A DNA stretch of 64,000 nucleotides from Spirochaetia bacterium (GTDB lineage: Bacteria > Spirochaetota > Spirochaetia > DSM-2461). The stretch lies in the NCBI GenBank assembly GCA_963668315.1, contig OY764216.1, forward strand, positions 4,672,001-4,736,000. Reading direction: 5' to 3'. Within the stretch, counting starts at the first letter, position 1. Every line of letters starts with the position of its first letter. A model generated the notes under the pieces. The model searched no databases. It worked only from the letters and a program-made list of their open reading frames with translations, and was not told the DNA's origin. Below are positions 9,376 to 20,084 of this stretch, piece by piece. A program made the translations under genes and the position numbers.

Positions 9376-9958
9376 GCCTTTCTGTCTGGTCTCCGCATCC
9401 CCCCGGAGAAAGGAACTTCTGGAACGCCTGGGACTGGCGCCCCTTGTCATCCCCGTTGATATGGAAGAGTTCCACGATCCTTCCCTCTCTCCCGACGAGC
9501 TGACATTATCCCTGGCCAAACAGAAAATGGCAGCCTTCCATCGCCTGCCCGAAAAGAAACATCCCGATTTCAGCGCAGCCCTGACCGCCGATACCATCGT
9601 TCATATTGACGGACGGCATCTGGGAAAACCGGCGGACAGAATGGAAGCGGCTTCCATGCTCCGGCTCCTTTCGGGCAGGGAACACCGTGTTTCCACAGGC
9701 TTTGTCCTGACGGTGGGAGAGAAACTTCACGAAGAAGTCGTCTCGACCCAGGTTTGCTTTAACAGGCTGTCCGAATCGGATATCGATTTTTATCTTAGCT
9801 CGGGCGAATGGCACGACGCGGCGGGTGCCTACAAAATCCAGCAGCGGGGGGAAATCATGATAAATTGGATAAAAGGCTCCTGGAGCAATGTCATGGGGTT
9901 GCCAATTTCGCGGATTTATGCCATCTTAAGGGACAATTATTTTTGGACGGAAATGTAG
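9359..9958 (+). CDS. maf: Maf family nucleoside triphosphate pyrophosphatase
   Basis: SASPRR, ADTIV, GKP, AGAYKIQ and NVMGLP motifs. Start at ATG 9359 overlapping the end of ndk. Confidence 0.9.
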   Translation: MLPASKPFCLVSASPRRKELLERLGLAPLVIPVDMEEFHDPSLSPDELTLSLAKQKMAAFHRLPEKKHPDFSAALTADTIVHIDGRHLGKPADRMEAASMLRLLSGREHRVSTGFVLTVGEKLHEEVVSTQVCFNRLSESDIDFYLSSGEWHDAAGAYKIQQRGEIMINWIKGSWSNVMGLPISRIYAILRDNYFWTEM

Positions 9959-9983
9959 ATATTTTTACAGAACCGTCCCTCAA

Positions 9984-10070
9984 GGATTTCAGTGAAATCC
10001 AAATCTTCCGGTAACCAGCCCGAGAAATATGAGAAGGACCGTAAGAAGACTTACGGATCAAGGAGGCCGA
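9984..10070 (+). promoter_or_regulatory. Structured rpsB 5' leader (possible S2 autoregulatory element)
   Basis: Hairpins GGATTTC-AGT-GAAATCC (9984-10000) and CCGTAAG-AAGA-CTTACGG (10039-10056) just before AGGAGG. Confidence 0.4.
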
Positions 10071-10862
10071 ATGGCAGTAGTAACAATGAAAAACCTGCTC
10101 GAATCAGGTGTTCATTTTGGTCATCAGACCAAACGTTGGGATCCCCGCATGAAGAAATACATTTTCTCTCAGAGAAACGGGATTCACATCATCGATCTTC
10201 AGAAGACCAGCGGGGCAATTAAAGAAGCCTACGAAGTGGTCAGAGCAACCGTACGGGACGGAAAATCCATTCTGTTCGTAGGTACCAAAAAGCAGGCGCA
10301 GGCCGCTATCGAAAGAGAAGCCAAGAGATGCGAGATGTTCTACGTGAACAACCGCTGGCCCGGTGGTATGATGACCAACTTCTCCACCATCAAAAAGTCT
10401 CTCCACAGACTCAAGAAGATTGAGAAGATGGAAGTTGACGGAACTTTCGAACAGCTGACCAAGAAAGAGATTTCCCGTCTGCTCAAAGAAAAAGCAAAAA
10501 TGGAAAAGAGCCTTGGCGGTATCAAGGATATGACCGAACTCCCCGGAGCTCTTTTCATCATCGATACAAGAAAAGAGGCTATTGCCGTGGCAGAAGCCCA
10601 GAGACTGGGAATCCCCATCATTGCCGTTGTGGATACGAACTGTAACCCCGAAGGTATTGATCATCCCATTCCCGGTAATGATGACGCCATCAGAGCCATC
10701 AGCCTTTTTACGAAACTGATTTCAGACGCTGTTCTCGAAGCAGATAACGAAGTGGGACTCGAAGTAATCGAGACCCTCCAGGAAGACGAGCAGACTCCTT
10801 TCGCCTCCAAGCCTAAGGAAGATGACGACGATATGGACGATGAAGAGGAGACTGAAGAATAA
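10071..10862 (+). CDS. rpsB: 30S ribosomal protein S2
   Basis: [17 protein letters not shown] and [10 protein letters not shown] motifs. AGGAGG before ATG 10071. Confidence 0.98.
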   Translation: MAVVTMKNLLESGVHFGHQTKRWDPRMKKYIFSQRNGIHIIDLQKTSGAIKEAYEVVRATVRDGKSILFVGTKKQAQAAIEREAKRCEMFYVNNRWPGGMMTNFSTIKKSLHRLKKIEKMEVDGTFEQLTKKEISRLLKEKAKMEKSLGGIKDMTELPGALFIIDTRKEAIAVAEAQRLGIPIIAVVDTNCNPEGIDHPIPGNDDAIRAISLFTKLISDAVLEADNEVGLEVIETLQEDEQTPFASKPKEDDDDMDDEEETEE

Positions 10863-11698
10863 TGGCTGTAACTCCCGCTGACGTAAAAAAATTAAGAGAC
10901 GCTACCGATGCCGGTATGCTTGACTGCAAGAAGGCTCTTATCGAAGCCGACGGCGACTTTTCCAAGGCTGAAAAAATCCTTAAAGAAAAAGGTCTTGCCA
11001 GTGCGGGAAAGAGAGCAGGCAGAGCAACCAGTGCCGGTATCATTTTTACTCATATTACCGATACCAAGGCCGCTGCCCTTGAACTCAACTGCGAAACCGA
11101 TTTCGTTGCCAAGACCGATCAGTTTCTCGCGACAGGTAACAACCTGGCGAAAACCTGTGTGGAAAAGGGTTACAGCGAAGTAAACGAAGAGCTTGATACC
11201 ATGGTCAAGGAGGCTATCGCCATCCTCAAAGAGAACATGGGAATCAAGAAGATAGAGCTTATGGATATTGCCGAAGACGAAGTCGTGGTGGAATACAGCC
11301 ACAATGGCGGACAGATTGGCGTTCTCGTGAAGCTCAAGTGCGACAGCCCCGCCACCTGTGCCAAGGAAGAAGTCAAGGCTCTTGCCTTTGACCTTGCCCT
11401 CCACGGTGCCGCATTCAATCCTCCCTACCTCAACAGAGGCGCTGTTCCCGAAGATTACATCAAGGAACAGGAGGAAATCTTCAACACCCAGGCTCAGAAT
11501 ATGGACAAGCCCGCCAATGTCGTTGCCGGTATTGTCAAAGGTAAACTGAACAAGCACCTTTCCCAGATCTGTTTTGTCGATCAGAACTTCGTTAAGGATG
11601 ATAAAGTTACCGTTAAGAAAGCCATTGAAGATGTGGCGAAATCCGTAGGCGGTTCCATTGAACTGTCCGGTTACTCCTACTTCATGGTAGGTCAGTAA
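10862..11698 (+). CDS. tsf: Elongation factor Ts
   Basis: VKKLR..T.AGMLDCKKAL and ELNCETDFVA motifs; follows rpsB. Confidence 0.97.
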   Translation: MAVTPADVKKLRDATDAGMLDCKKALIEADGDFSKAEKILKEKGLASAGKRAGRATSAGIIFTHITDTKAAALELNCETDFVAKTDQFLATGNNLAKTCVEKGYSEVNEELDTMVKEAIAILKENMGIKKIELMDIAEDEVVVEYSHNGGQIGVLVKLKCDSPATCAKEEVKALAFDLALHGAAFNPPYLNRGAVPEDYIKEQEEIFNTQAQNMDKPANVVAGIVKGKLNKHLSQICFVDQNFVKDDKVTVKKAIEDVAKSVGGSIELSGYSYFMVGQ

Positions 11699-11710
11699 AA
11701 CGTAATTTAC

Positions 11711-11751
11711 AGGGACTGCCTCTCAAGGGGGGCGGTCCTTTCTTTTTTTTT
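11711..11751 (+). terminator. Rho-independent terminator after tsf
   Basis: AGGGACTGCC.../...GGCGGTCCTT stem followed by a long T run. Confidence 0.7.
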
Positions 11752-11787
11752 ACATGTGTACGGTCTGCCGTATATAAGGAGGATGAT

Positions 11788-12330
11788 ATGGATACAATTA
11801 TGAAGGACGGCGAAAGCAGAATGCAGAAGAGCGTCAAAGCTCTTAAGGATGATTTCAACACCATTCGTACCGGCAGAGCTTCGGCATCGCTTTTTGATAA
11901 GGTTAGTGCCGATTATTACGGTACCCCTACTCCGCTGAACCAGATAGCCAATATTTCCATTCCGGAAGCGAGACTTATCGTTATCCAGCCCTTCGACAAG
12001 AACGCCCTCAATGATATTGAAAGGGCTATCCAGACTTCCGAACTGGGTCTTAACCCCTCCAATGACGGAAAAGTTATCCGCATCAACATTCCCCCTTTGA
12101 CGGAAGAGAGAAGAAAAGACCTGGTTAAACAGGCCAAAAATATGGCGGAGCAGGCGAAAGTCGCCGTAAGAAATATCCGCAGGGATATCAACGACGCCAT
12201 CAAGAAGGGCGATTTTACCGAAGATGAAAAGAAGAAAGCTTCCGATGATGCGCAGAAGCTGACCGATTCTTACATCGCCAGCATAGGTAAGGTTGCCGAA
12301 GACAAAGAAAAGGAAATAATGGAGATATAA
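11788..12330 (+). CDS. frr: Ribosome recycling factor
   Basis: IRTGRAS, YYG.PTPL, PPLTEERRKDLVK and RNIRRD motifs. Confidence 0.97.
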   Translation: MDTIMKDGESRMQKSVKALKDDFNTIRTGRASASLFDKVSADYYGTPTPLNQIANISIPEARLIVIQPFDKNALNDIERAIQTSELGLNPSNDGKVIRINIPPLTEERRKDLVKQAKNMAEQAKVAVRNIRRDINDAIKKGDFTEDEKKKASDDAQKLTDSYIASIGKVAEDKEKEIMEI

Positions 12331-13046
12331 TGACTCCCGATCCCATGCCGGTCCCAGAACATGTGGGAATCATTATGGACGGAAACGGCCGCTGGGCCGA
12401 GTCCCGGGGTTTTAAGCGTTCCAAAGGACACCGTGAAGGTGTCACCCGGGCCAAGGCCATAGTAAAAAAAGCTGCCGATCTGGGTATCAGATACCTCTCG
12501 CTCTATGTCTTTTCCACGGAAAACTGGAAAAGAGCGGAGGACGAGGTATCCTTTCTTATGGTACTGATCAAACAGTACCTGAAGCAGGAATACCAGTTTT
12601 ATATCGATAATCGTATCCGTGTCATTCACTCAGGCAGGCGGGAGGATCTTCCTGCCGACGTACTCAACGATATAGACATGGTTGTGGAAAAGACAAAGGA
12701 TTTCACCGGGCTTACCGTGAATCTTCTTATTAACTACGGCGGCAAGGACGAAATAGTCCGCGCCGTTCAGTCCATAGTCAGAGAAGGTATCAAAGCCGAA
12801 GATATCACCGAAGAACTCATTGACGGTTTTCTCGATAACGGACCTCTTCCTCCGGCGGATCTTATCATCCGGACTGGGGGAGATATGCGTTCAAGCAATT
12901 TCCTTGTATGGCAGGCCGCATACGGGGAATTTTTCTTTTCCCCCAAACTCTGGCCTGATTTCACACCGGAAGACCTGGAAGAAGCCATACAGGTTTTCGG
13001 AAAAAGAGACCGCCGCTGGGGAGGATATAACAGTGAAAATAGGTAA
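12330..13046 (+). CDS. uppS: Undecaprenyl diphosphate synthase
   Basis: HVGIIMDGNGRWA, FSTENWKR and RSSNFLVWQ motifs. Confidence 0.96.
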   Translation: MTPDPMPVPEHVGIIMDGNGRWAESRGFKRSKGHREGVTRAKAIVKKAADLGIRYLSLYVFSTENWKRAEDEVSFLMVLIKQYLKQEYQFYIDNRIRVIHSGRREDLPADVLNDIDMVVEKTKDFTGLTVNLLINYGGKDEIVRAVQSIVREGIKAEDITEELIDGFLDNGPLPPADLIIRTGGDMRSSNFLVWQAAYGEFFFSPKLWPDFTPEDLEEAIQVFGKRDRRWGGYNSENR

Positions 13047-13902
13047 TACGGGCAAGCGCGTAATTCTTTTTGTCCTCGCTTTTCCCATACTGGGGACGAT
13101 TATAGGACTGCTCCCCCATTTCCACCACCTGGCGGCCAACATCACGATCGTAGTGGTGACCATTCTCTCCACCAGAGAGCTGGGGATCATGTTCGCCCAG
13201 GCGGGATTCGGCATTAAGAACCCCTACTATCCCCTACTCAGCGGTCTTATGCCTCTCTGCCAGTACTTGATAGTTGCCGGGGTATTAAGCGAATCCTTCA
13301 TGATTCTGCTCATCGTTCTCCTGGTCTCAATAAATCTGATTTATCCCGTCTTCTGCCGGGACAAGGAAAATGTGATCAAGGCGGTATCCACCGTTCCTGT
13401 GGCGATACTTCTGCTTATCTATCCGGCCATGTTTTTCTCTTACATCACAAGCATATCCTTCTTTCCCCACGCCACCTATTTCCTCGTCTTCTTTCTCCTG
13501 CTTGTCTACTTGAATGATTCATCGGCCTGGCTGTTCGGCGTTCTCTTCGGCAAAAAGAAAAATGTTTTCGCTGTCAGCCCTTCGAAGAGCCGAGAAGGTT
13601 TCTTCGGCGGTTTTTTCGCCTCCTTTATCGTCTCCTTTCTTTTTATTGTCTACCTGCCCCGCTTTATTGACGACCTCGAGCCGGGGTCGATTATTCTGGC
13701 TGTTTCCATGGCCCTGATATGCGGCGCCACGACAATACTCGGCGATCTGGCGGAATCGGCGCTCAAACGCTACACGAATGTGAAGGATTCGGGAGACATG
13801 ATCATGGGACGGGGCGGACTTCTTGATTCGGTCGACTCCCTCCTGATCACGGCGCCCGTCTTTTTCTATTTCATCAGTTTTTACCTGGGGTTATTCGCTT
13901 GA
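13033..13902 (+). CDS. cdsA: Phosphatidate cytidylyltransferase
   Basis: SPSKSREG and GDLAESALKR..VKDSG....GRGGLLDSVDS motifs; multi-TM. GTG start at 13033. Confidence 0.93.
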   Translation: MKIGNTGKRVILFVLAFPILGTIIGLLPHFHHLAANITIVVVTILSTRELGIMFAQAGFGIKNPYYPLLSGLMPLCQYLIVAGVLSESFMILLIVLLVSINLIYPVFCRDKENVIKAVSTVPVAILLLIYPAMFFSYITSISFFPHATYFLVFFLLLVYLNDSSAWLFGVLFGKKKNVFAVSPSKSREGFFGGFFASFIVSFLFIVYLPRFIDDLEPGSIILAVSMALICGATTILGDLAESALKRYTNVKDSGDMIMGRGGLLDSVDSLLITAPVFFYFISFYLGLFA

Positions 13903-15026
13903 AGAAGGTCATTGTTTTAGGCTGTACCGGTTCCATCGGTGCCAGCACCATGGATATAATCACCCGCTTCTCCGACGATTTCACCGTTGCCGCCCTGTCC
14001 GCCCATTCCCACAAGGATGCCCTTCTAACTTTCAAGAAAGACTTTCCCGGCGCGAAGCTTGTCCTCACCGGCCATGATGAACCCTGCGAAGGTATGGACT
14101 ACACGGGCACGTCCGGTCTCCTCAGAATGCTGGAAGAAACAGAGGCGGATATCGTGGTGAACGGAATTGCCGGAGCTGCCGGCCTTCTTCCCTCGGTCAA
14201 GAGCCTTGAAACCGGAAAGGATCTGGCCCTGGCCAACAAGGAGACGGTCGTTACGGGGGGAGACCTCATTTTCGATCTCTCCCGCAAAACGGGCCGGACC
14301 ATACTCCCCGTTGACTCGGAACACTCCGCCCTCTTTCACCTGCTCCAGAACAGGGACCCCGAGACCGTTTCTGAACTTATCCTGACGGCGTCAGGCGGTC
14401 CCTTCGCCGATATGGCCTATGAAGATCAGAAGCGCGTTACTCCGGCACAGGCACTTAAGCACCCGAACTGGGACATGGGGGCTAAAATCACCATAGATTC
14501 CGCCTCCCTCGCCAATAAGGGGCTTGAAGTAATCGAAGCCTGGAAACTCTTTCATCTCCCTCTGGACCGCATCTCCGTTCTTGTCCACAGGCAGAGCCTT
14601 GTCCATTCCCTGATCCGCACTAAGGACAACGCCCTGTACGGTCAGTTCAGCGCTCCCGATATGAAGCTTCCCATTCAGAACGCGTTGTTCTATCCCGAGC
14701 TGCGTCCCGTGGAAGCCGCTTATACCGATCTCTGCGGTCCGGCACTGACCTTTGAGAAACCCGACATGGAACGTTTTCCCATGCTCTCCCTGGCCTACAG
14801 GGCGGCAGGAACCGCCGGTGCGGCACCCATAGTTTACAACGGCTGCAACGAAGTAGCCGTGGCCGCATTCCTCAAGGAAAGAATCGGCTTCACCCAGATA
14901 GCCGAAATAACCGAAGCCATGCTGGATAAGAATTGGTCCGATCCGGGAAAAACCCTGGAGGGAATCCAGGAAACGGACAGATTAGTCCGTATAGAAACCG
15001 AACGCTATATCGGAGAGATGCTATGA
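13899..15026 (+). CDS. dxr: 1-deoxy-D-xylulose-5-phosphate reductoisomerase
   Basis: GCTGSIG, LANKE, PVDSEH, LTASGGPF and HPNWDMGAKITIDSA motifs. Confidence 0.97.
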   Translation: MKKVIVLGCTGSIGASTMDIITRFSDDFTVAALSAHSHKDALLTFKKDFPGAKLVLTGHDEPCEGMDYTGTSGLLRMLEETEADIVVNGIAGAAGLLPSVKSLETGKDLALANKETVVTGGDLIFDLSRKTGRTILPVDSEHSALFHLLQNRDPETVSELILTASGGPFADMAYEDQKRVTPAQALKHPNWDMGAKITIDSASLANKGLEVIEAWKLFHLPLDRISVLVHRQSLVHSLIRTKDNALYGQFSAPDMKLPIQNALFYPELRPVEAAYTDLCGPALTFEKPDMERFPMLSLAYRAAGTAGAAPIVYNGCNEVAVAAFLKERIGFTQIAEITEAMLDKNWSDPGKTLEGIQETDRLVRIETERYIGEML

Positions 15027-16381
15027 CCATTCAGGCTCTTGTCCAGATAATTCTGGGTCTTCTGGGCCTGACGATCGTTATCTCCGTACATGAACTTGGC
15101 CATTTTGCCGCTGCACGCCTTTTTAAAGTGGATGTAATGACCTTTTCCATAGGAATCGGGAAAAAGATTCTTGTCCTAAAGGGAAAGAAAACGGAATGGG
15201 CCCTGTCTCTCCTACCCCTTGGCGGATACTGCCGGCTTAAGGGGGAACAGAACTTTATCCAGGCCTGGGAAGAGAAAAGCGATGAAATTCCCTATGAGAA
15301 GGGCTCCCTTTTTTCCGCCTCCTGGTGGCAGAGGATTATAATTGCCCTGGCAGGTCCGGCAGCCAATCTGATTTTCGGAGCCCTGATTCTCTCTCTGGTC
15401 TCCTTGATCCGTTTTCCCATAAACTATACCGATCCGGTAATTGTCCCCGTTTCCCGCTATGACAACAGTACCGAATGGCCCGTTGATAAGGCAGGCCTCG
15501 AAGGGGGAGACAGGATTACGGCTATCAACGGAAATCCCGTGACACGTTTTGCCGATATTCAGGAGAATGTCATCCTGGCGGGGGGCAAAGCTCTCACTTT
15601 CACAGTGGAAAGGGACGGGGAAAGTTTCGAGAAGGAGATTATTCCTGCCCTTAACAAACAGAACGGGACCGGCTATATAGGGGTCTATCCCTGGATCACG
15701 CCCCGGGTTACCTCCGTGGGAGAGAAATCGGTCTTTTCCTTCCTTTCTCCCGGAGATCTTATCATATCTCTCAACGGCAGAGACGTGGAAAACACCATGG
15801 ATTTCTTTACCATCCTGGAAGAGAGCGATAACCGGGTAGACAGGGTCACCGTTATATCCGCCGATAATGAAATCAGAAACTACACACCAGACCTTCTGGT
15901 GATAGAGGGCGACAGCTACCCGGGATTTCCCTATAAGAGCAAACTTTCCCCGGCCTACAACCCCCTGCAGGCCCTAAGGGAAGGTACGGCTCAGATGAGA
16001 CAGATGTTTCTGAGAACCATACAGAGCACTTCGCTCCTTTTCAAGGGAATCGAACTGAATACGGCTCTGTCCGGTCCCCTGAGAATCTCCTGGATGACCG
16101 GAGAAGTCGCCCTTTCCAGCTTCAGCCTGGGAGCCCGCGCGGGATTCAACAGAATCATTCAGTTCCTGGCCCTTATCTGTTCCGCCCTCGCCTTTGTCAA
16201 TCTCCTTCCCATTCCCGTTCTTGACGGAGGCCAGATTGTCCTCTATCTGATCGACGGTCTCCGCCGCAAAAGGCTCACACCGGGGTTTATATATTATTAT
16301 CAGCTGGTGGGAACGGTATTTGTCATATTCCTCGCCCTCTTCGCCACCGGCAACGATCTTCTGTTTTTTCTTAGGAGTTGA
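15023..16381 (+). CDS. rseP: RIP metalloprotease RseP
   Basis: HELGH, AGPAAN, PDZ region and NLLPIPVLDGG. Start at ATG 15023. Confidence 0.93.
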   Translation: MTIQALVQIILGLLGLTIVISVHELGHFAAARLFKVDVMTFSIGIGKKILVLKGKKTEWALSLLPLGGYCRLKGEQNFIQAWEEKSDEIPYEKGSLFSASWWQRIIIALAGPAANLIFGALILSLVSLIRFPINYTDPVIVPVSRYDNSTEWPVDKAGLEGGDRITAINGNPVTRFADIQENVILAGGKALTFTVERDGESFEKEIIPALNKQNGTGYIGVYPWITPRVTSVGEKSVFSFLSPGDLIISLNGRDVENTMDFFTILEESDNRVDRVTVISADNEIRNYTPDLLVIEGDSYPGFPYKSKLSPAYNPLQALREGTAQMRQMFLRTIQSTSLLFKGIELNTALSGPLRISWMTGEVALSSFSLGARAGFNRIIQFLALICSALAFVNLLPIPVLDGGQIVLYLIDGLRRKRLTPGFIYYYQLVGTVFVIFLALFATGNDLLFFLRS

Positions 16382-16383
16382 TT

Positions 16384-18435
16384 ATGAATGCAAAACGAAA
16401 CGCCGTACTGATAGCTCTGACCTTTTTCCTGGCCGGTCTTTCGGCAGACAGCTTTCGTATTGTTCCCAACTACGGCCACCTTGACAGCGTCATTGCTCTC
16501 GGCTGGGATAAAGAGAGGGATATTCTTCTTACTCTGGGTGAAGACAACTATTGCCTTGTCATAGAGATAGATGAGAATCGGGTCCTGAACAGAATTCCCC
16601 TGGAAGGAAATCCCGCGATTTATGCCCTGAATCCCGTCTATCCCGAATTCGCAGTGGTGACCGAACAGAACGAATCCTTTCTTCTGACGCTCCTCAACTG
16701 GCAGACGGGGGAAATACTCTCCCAGAGGGAAGAGAAAAATATCCCCTTTTTCCTGGAATACTCCCGTTCGGGAGATTTCCTTCTTACGGGAAACGGCTCC
16801 GTCCAGCTGCTTGATCATCTGAACGGAGATAAAGCAGAGGGTCCGGACGGGATTTCCGAACTTCTCTCTTACGGATACCTCGGCGGCTCGGAGAAAACAT
16901 TTATGGGATACAGTCCCTCGGGCAGGCTGATCTATTACGACAGATACACATCCCAGATCAAAGGGCGTGCCGATACCGAGGAAGATCTTACCGATCTGAC
17001 CGTACTCAAGGACGATGTCCGCTTAATAACCGCCCGGAGAGACGGTTCCGTTTTCCTGATAGACAGGCAGACGGGCAGAGTCCTTGATACCCTTGAAAAG
17101 GGGAATATCCTCTCCTATAACAGCCGCAGCGATGACGGTACCGTCACAATACTGGAAGAGGACGGTGACGAACAGTCCTTGACGGTCTATAACATCAGAC
17201 GGGATAAATTCTCCCGCATAACGGAGAAAAAGATCGATCGCGAAATGGGAATAAGGAGAGCCATCTATACACAGAATAGCTTTCTCCTGGGAACGGAAAA
17301 GGGAGAGATACTCTCCCTCCCCCGCAGGGGCTCCTCCCTTCGCAATCTTCTCTCAGCTTCTCCCCTGGTAATCGATCATCTCTCCCTGGCCAATCACAGC
17401 CTCCTTCTGAAAAACGGAAATAACCTGGCTATCTGGGAATCTCCTTTCTTTGAGCAGGAAGATTTATCACCCAATCACCTTCTAAATATAACCAGCCGCA
17501 GCCTCACGCTGCCCCTCGAAAACAGCCTTTTTGAATCCTTCGAAGACCGGGGTGTTATCTGGCAGCCCGATGAAGAGATCAAATACCCCTACTATTTCCT
17601 CAATGATAATCTGGAACTGACGGCCCTTTTTGAACCGGAGAATACGGGGGACGAAGAAAAAAATCCCATTGGTTTTCGGAGGGAAATAAGCTACGGTTTT
17701 CGGGATTTGAGTTTTTACAATGATCTTGAAACAGTAATTGATGAGGATAAATCCTGCCATGTTTACCGATTAACCCCCGGTGAAAGCGGCTATGAAAGGG
17801 AGGAGATCTATACCTACTCCCATGCCGCACTGGAAACGGCTGCCATGGTTTCGGAGAACCAGCTGGCCGTGGGGACAAATACCTACTACGGCGGGCGCAA
17901 CGGAATCAGTCTCACCAATATCCTCACAGGCGAATCCGTTCCCATCTCCGATGAGAGAAACATTGTCACGCAGTTTCTGCCCGACCGGGAGGGAAAGGGA
18001 TTTTATTCCCTTGGGTTCGCTTCGCGGGAGGGAAAATCCTGGGCCATTGTCAAATACCATGATTTTACCGATCTTTCTGGAGAATCGAAGAGCGTCATGG
18101 ATTTTCCCCAACCGACGACTAACGAATGTGAAATGACACTGGGAGGAGACGGAAACCTCTATGTGACTTCTCCCGACGGGACATGGCGCTCCTCGGAGAA
18201 GGGCGATTCCCCGTCCTCATCGTCCCTGGACAAAGTCTATGCCAAGGGAGGATACCTGTTTCTCATAGACAGGGACCACAGCCTCGTCATTTACAGGGAG
18301 GATACTCTGGCGCCTATCGCACGGGCCTACTTCTTCGAGGGAGGAGAATGGATGGCTATCGGTGCCGATAACCGCCATTATTTCTACTCCTCAGAGGCCA
18401 GGGATCTATTTAACGTATATAAAGTTCTGGATTAA
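16384..18435 (+). CDS. Exported WD40-like beta-propeller protein
   Basis: Signal peptide, GHLDSV..L.W repeat start and many short beta-strand repeats. Confidence 0.7.
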   Translation: MNAKRNAVLIALTFFLAGLSADSFRIVPNYGHLDSVIALGWDKERDILLTLGEDNYCLVIEIDENRVLNRIPLEGNPAIYALNPVYPEFAVVTEQNESFLLTLLNWQTGEILSQREEKNIPFFLEYSRSGDFLLTGNGSVQLLDHLNGDKAEGPDGISELLSYGYLGGSEKTFMGYSPSGRLIYYDRYTSQIKGRADTEEDLTDLTVLKDDVRLITARRDGSVFLIDRQTGRVLDTLEKGNILSYNSRSDDGTVTILEEDGDEQSLTVYNIRRDKFSRITEKKIDREMGIRRAIYTQNSFLLGTEKGEILSLPRRGSSLRNLLSASPLVIDHLSLANHSLLLKNGNNLAIWESPFFEQEDLSPNHLLNITSRSLTLPLENSLFESFEDRGVIWQPDEEIKYPYYFLNDNLELTALFEPENTGDEEKNPIGFRREISYGFRDLSFYNDLETVIDEDKSCHVYRLTPGESGYEREEIYTYSHAALETAAMVSENQLAVGTNTYYGGRNGISLTNILTGESVPISDERNIVTQFLPDREGKGFYSLGFASREGKSWAIVKYHDFTDLSGESKSVMDFPQPTTNECEMTLGGDGNLYVTSPDGTWRSSEKGDSPSSSSLDKVYAKGGYLFLIDRDHSLVIYREDTLAPIARAYFFEGGEWMAIGADNRHYFYSSEARDLFNVYKVLD

Positions 18436-18722
18436 TCGTGAGCCGGATTCAGACTGATTTTCTGAATGGCTGAAATGACGACTTTTCTCACGTCTCCTTC
18501 CAAATCGGGGTCCTGAGCCGTGCTGTAAATGGTTCCCATGAGGGAGACCCGATAGCGCGGTTCAAGCCGATTCAGGGAGATACATACCATATCAAGGACG
18601 CAGTCTTCACATTTGCAGACATCCTCATCGGGAATCTTGTCCAGCTCCTCTTCCATAATTCTAAAGACCAGTTCTTCCGTGTGATTCTTAAGGTTGGACA
18701 AGTCGTATGCTTCAAGTGCCAT
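18432..18722 (-). CDS. ComFB family protein
   Basis: LKNHTEELV, CKCEDCVLD....LNRLEPRY and NPAH signature. Confidence 0.88.
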   Translation of the reverse strand: MALEAYDLSNLKNHTEELVFRIMEEELDKIPDEDVCKCEDCVLDMVCISLNRLEPRYRVSLMGTIYSTAQDPDLEGDVRKVVISAIQKISLNPAHD

Positions 18723-18737
18723 GATATTTCGCTCCTT

Positions 18738-20084
18738 CTATGGTGATTGATGGGTAAGTGACTCAAAACGTGTGTAACGGGGAATAAACATTACTTCCAC
18801 CGTATCGGTGGGGCCGTTACGCTGTTTGGCCACTATAACCTGCGTTCTAATACCATTTTCGTCGCCTTCACCGTTTTTGTCAACAATACGTTCACGATGG
18901 AGCAGCATTACCACATCGGCATCCTGCTCAATAGCACCGGACTCACGCAAATCGGCAAGACCGGGCGCTTTACCTTCGGTTTGACGTCCTACCTGGGAGA
19001 GAACGACAATAGGTATGTCCAGCTCCCTGGCTAGCGCCTTGAGTGAGCGGCTTACTTCGGCCATCTGCTCGTGACGGGGGGTGGATTTGTCCTCCGGTGT
19101 GATCAGTCCGATATAGTCAATGAATATGATGCGGACATCGTATTTCGCTTTCATCTTTCGGGCCATGGACCGCATATCCAAAAGGGAAATATTCGGCGTG
19201 TCTTCAATATACAGGGGCGACTCGTAGAGACGACTGGCCGAATCGGCCAGTTTCCGGAAATCCGATTTGGAAAGCAGTCCCGTTCTCAGCGAGTTGGAGT
19301 TAATCCGCGCATCCAGGGCCAGAAGACGCATCATCAGGGAGAGATCGGACATTTCCAGGGTAAAGAATCCGCAGGGGATCTTCTTTGTAACCGCCACATT
19401 GGCCGCCATGGAAAGGGCAAAAGCCGTCTTACCAATGGAAGGACGGGCGCCGATGATGATCATTTCCGAATTCTGGAATCCCGAAGTCAGCATATCCAAT
19501 TCCTGAAAGCCCGAGGGTACTCCGGTGAATTCCCCTTTCTGCCTATACCGCTCTTCCACCATTTCCACGGCATGACGAACGATTTCCCGGGCGGGCTTGA
19601 GGTTACCGTGATTCTGGTTATCACTTATTTTAAAGATTTCCTTTTCCGCCGATTCGATGGAGTTCCGTGAATCGATGGAGTCGGAATGAACATTGGCTAT
19701 CATCTGATTGGCCACGTTGAGAAGATTGCGCCTTACGGAACAGTCTTTGACGATACGGGCATAGTATTCGACATTGGAAGTAGTCGGAACAGATGATGTC
19801 AGGTGGGCCAGATAACCGGCGCCGCCGGATTTCTCCAGCAGCTCCATGGTCTTCAGTTCCTCTTTGACACTGAGGATATCCGGAATGGCTCCTCGGTCAA
19901 AAAGGTTCATAATAGCCCGGAGTATATTCCCGTTGGCCGGTTTATAGAAGTCGTCAGGATGGACAAGACTCAAAACCAGATCGAGTATATCTCCGGAAAA
20001 ATTCAGCAGAAGAGCGCCGATGGCAGCCTCTTCCGCTTCTTCATTGTAAGGTGGGATTCTGTCTTTAAGAGACGGAGAGCTCAC
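18738..20084 (-). CDS. dnaB: Replicative DNA helicase
   Basis: GARPSIGKTA, DYIGLI, LKALAREL, DLRESGAIEQDAD and KQRNGP motifs; no intein seen. Confidence 0.97.
   Translation of the reverse strand: MSSPSLKDRIPPYNEEAEEAAIGALLLNFSGDILDLVLSLVHPDDFYKPANGNILRAIMNLFDRGAIPDILSVKEELKTMELLEKSGGAGYLAHLTSSVPTTSNVEYYARIVKDCSVRRNLLNVANQMIANVHSDSIDSRNSIESAEKEIFKISDNQNHGNLKPAREIVRHAVEMVEERYRQKGEFTGVPSGFQELDMLTSGFQNSEMIIIGARPSIGKTAFALSMAANVAVTKKIPCGFFTLEMSDLSLMMRLLALDARINSNSLRTGLLSKSDFRKLADSASRLYESPLYIEDTPNISLLDMRSMARKMKAKYDVRIIFIDYIGLITPEDKSTPRHEQMAEVSRSLKALARELDIPIVVLSQVGRQTEGKAPGLADLRESGAIEQDADVVMLLHRERIVDKNGEGDENGIRTQVIVAKQRNGPTDTVEVMFIPRYTRFESLTHQSP

Noticed and set aside
11699..11787. Absence of pyrH between tsf and frr
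   Set aside because: This order is usual in spirochetes and no gene remnant is visible.
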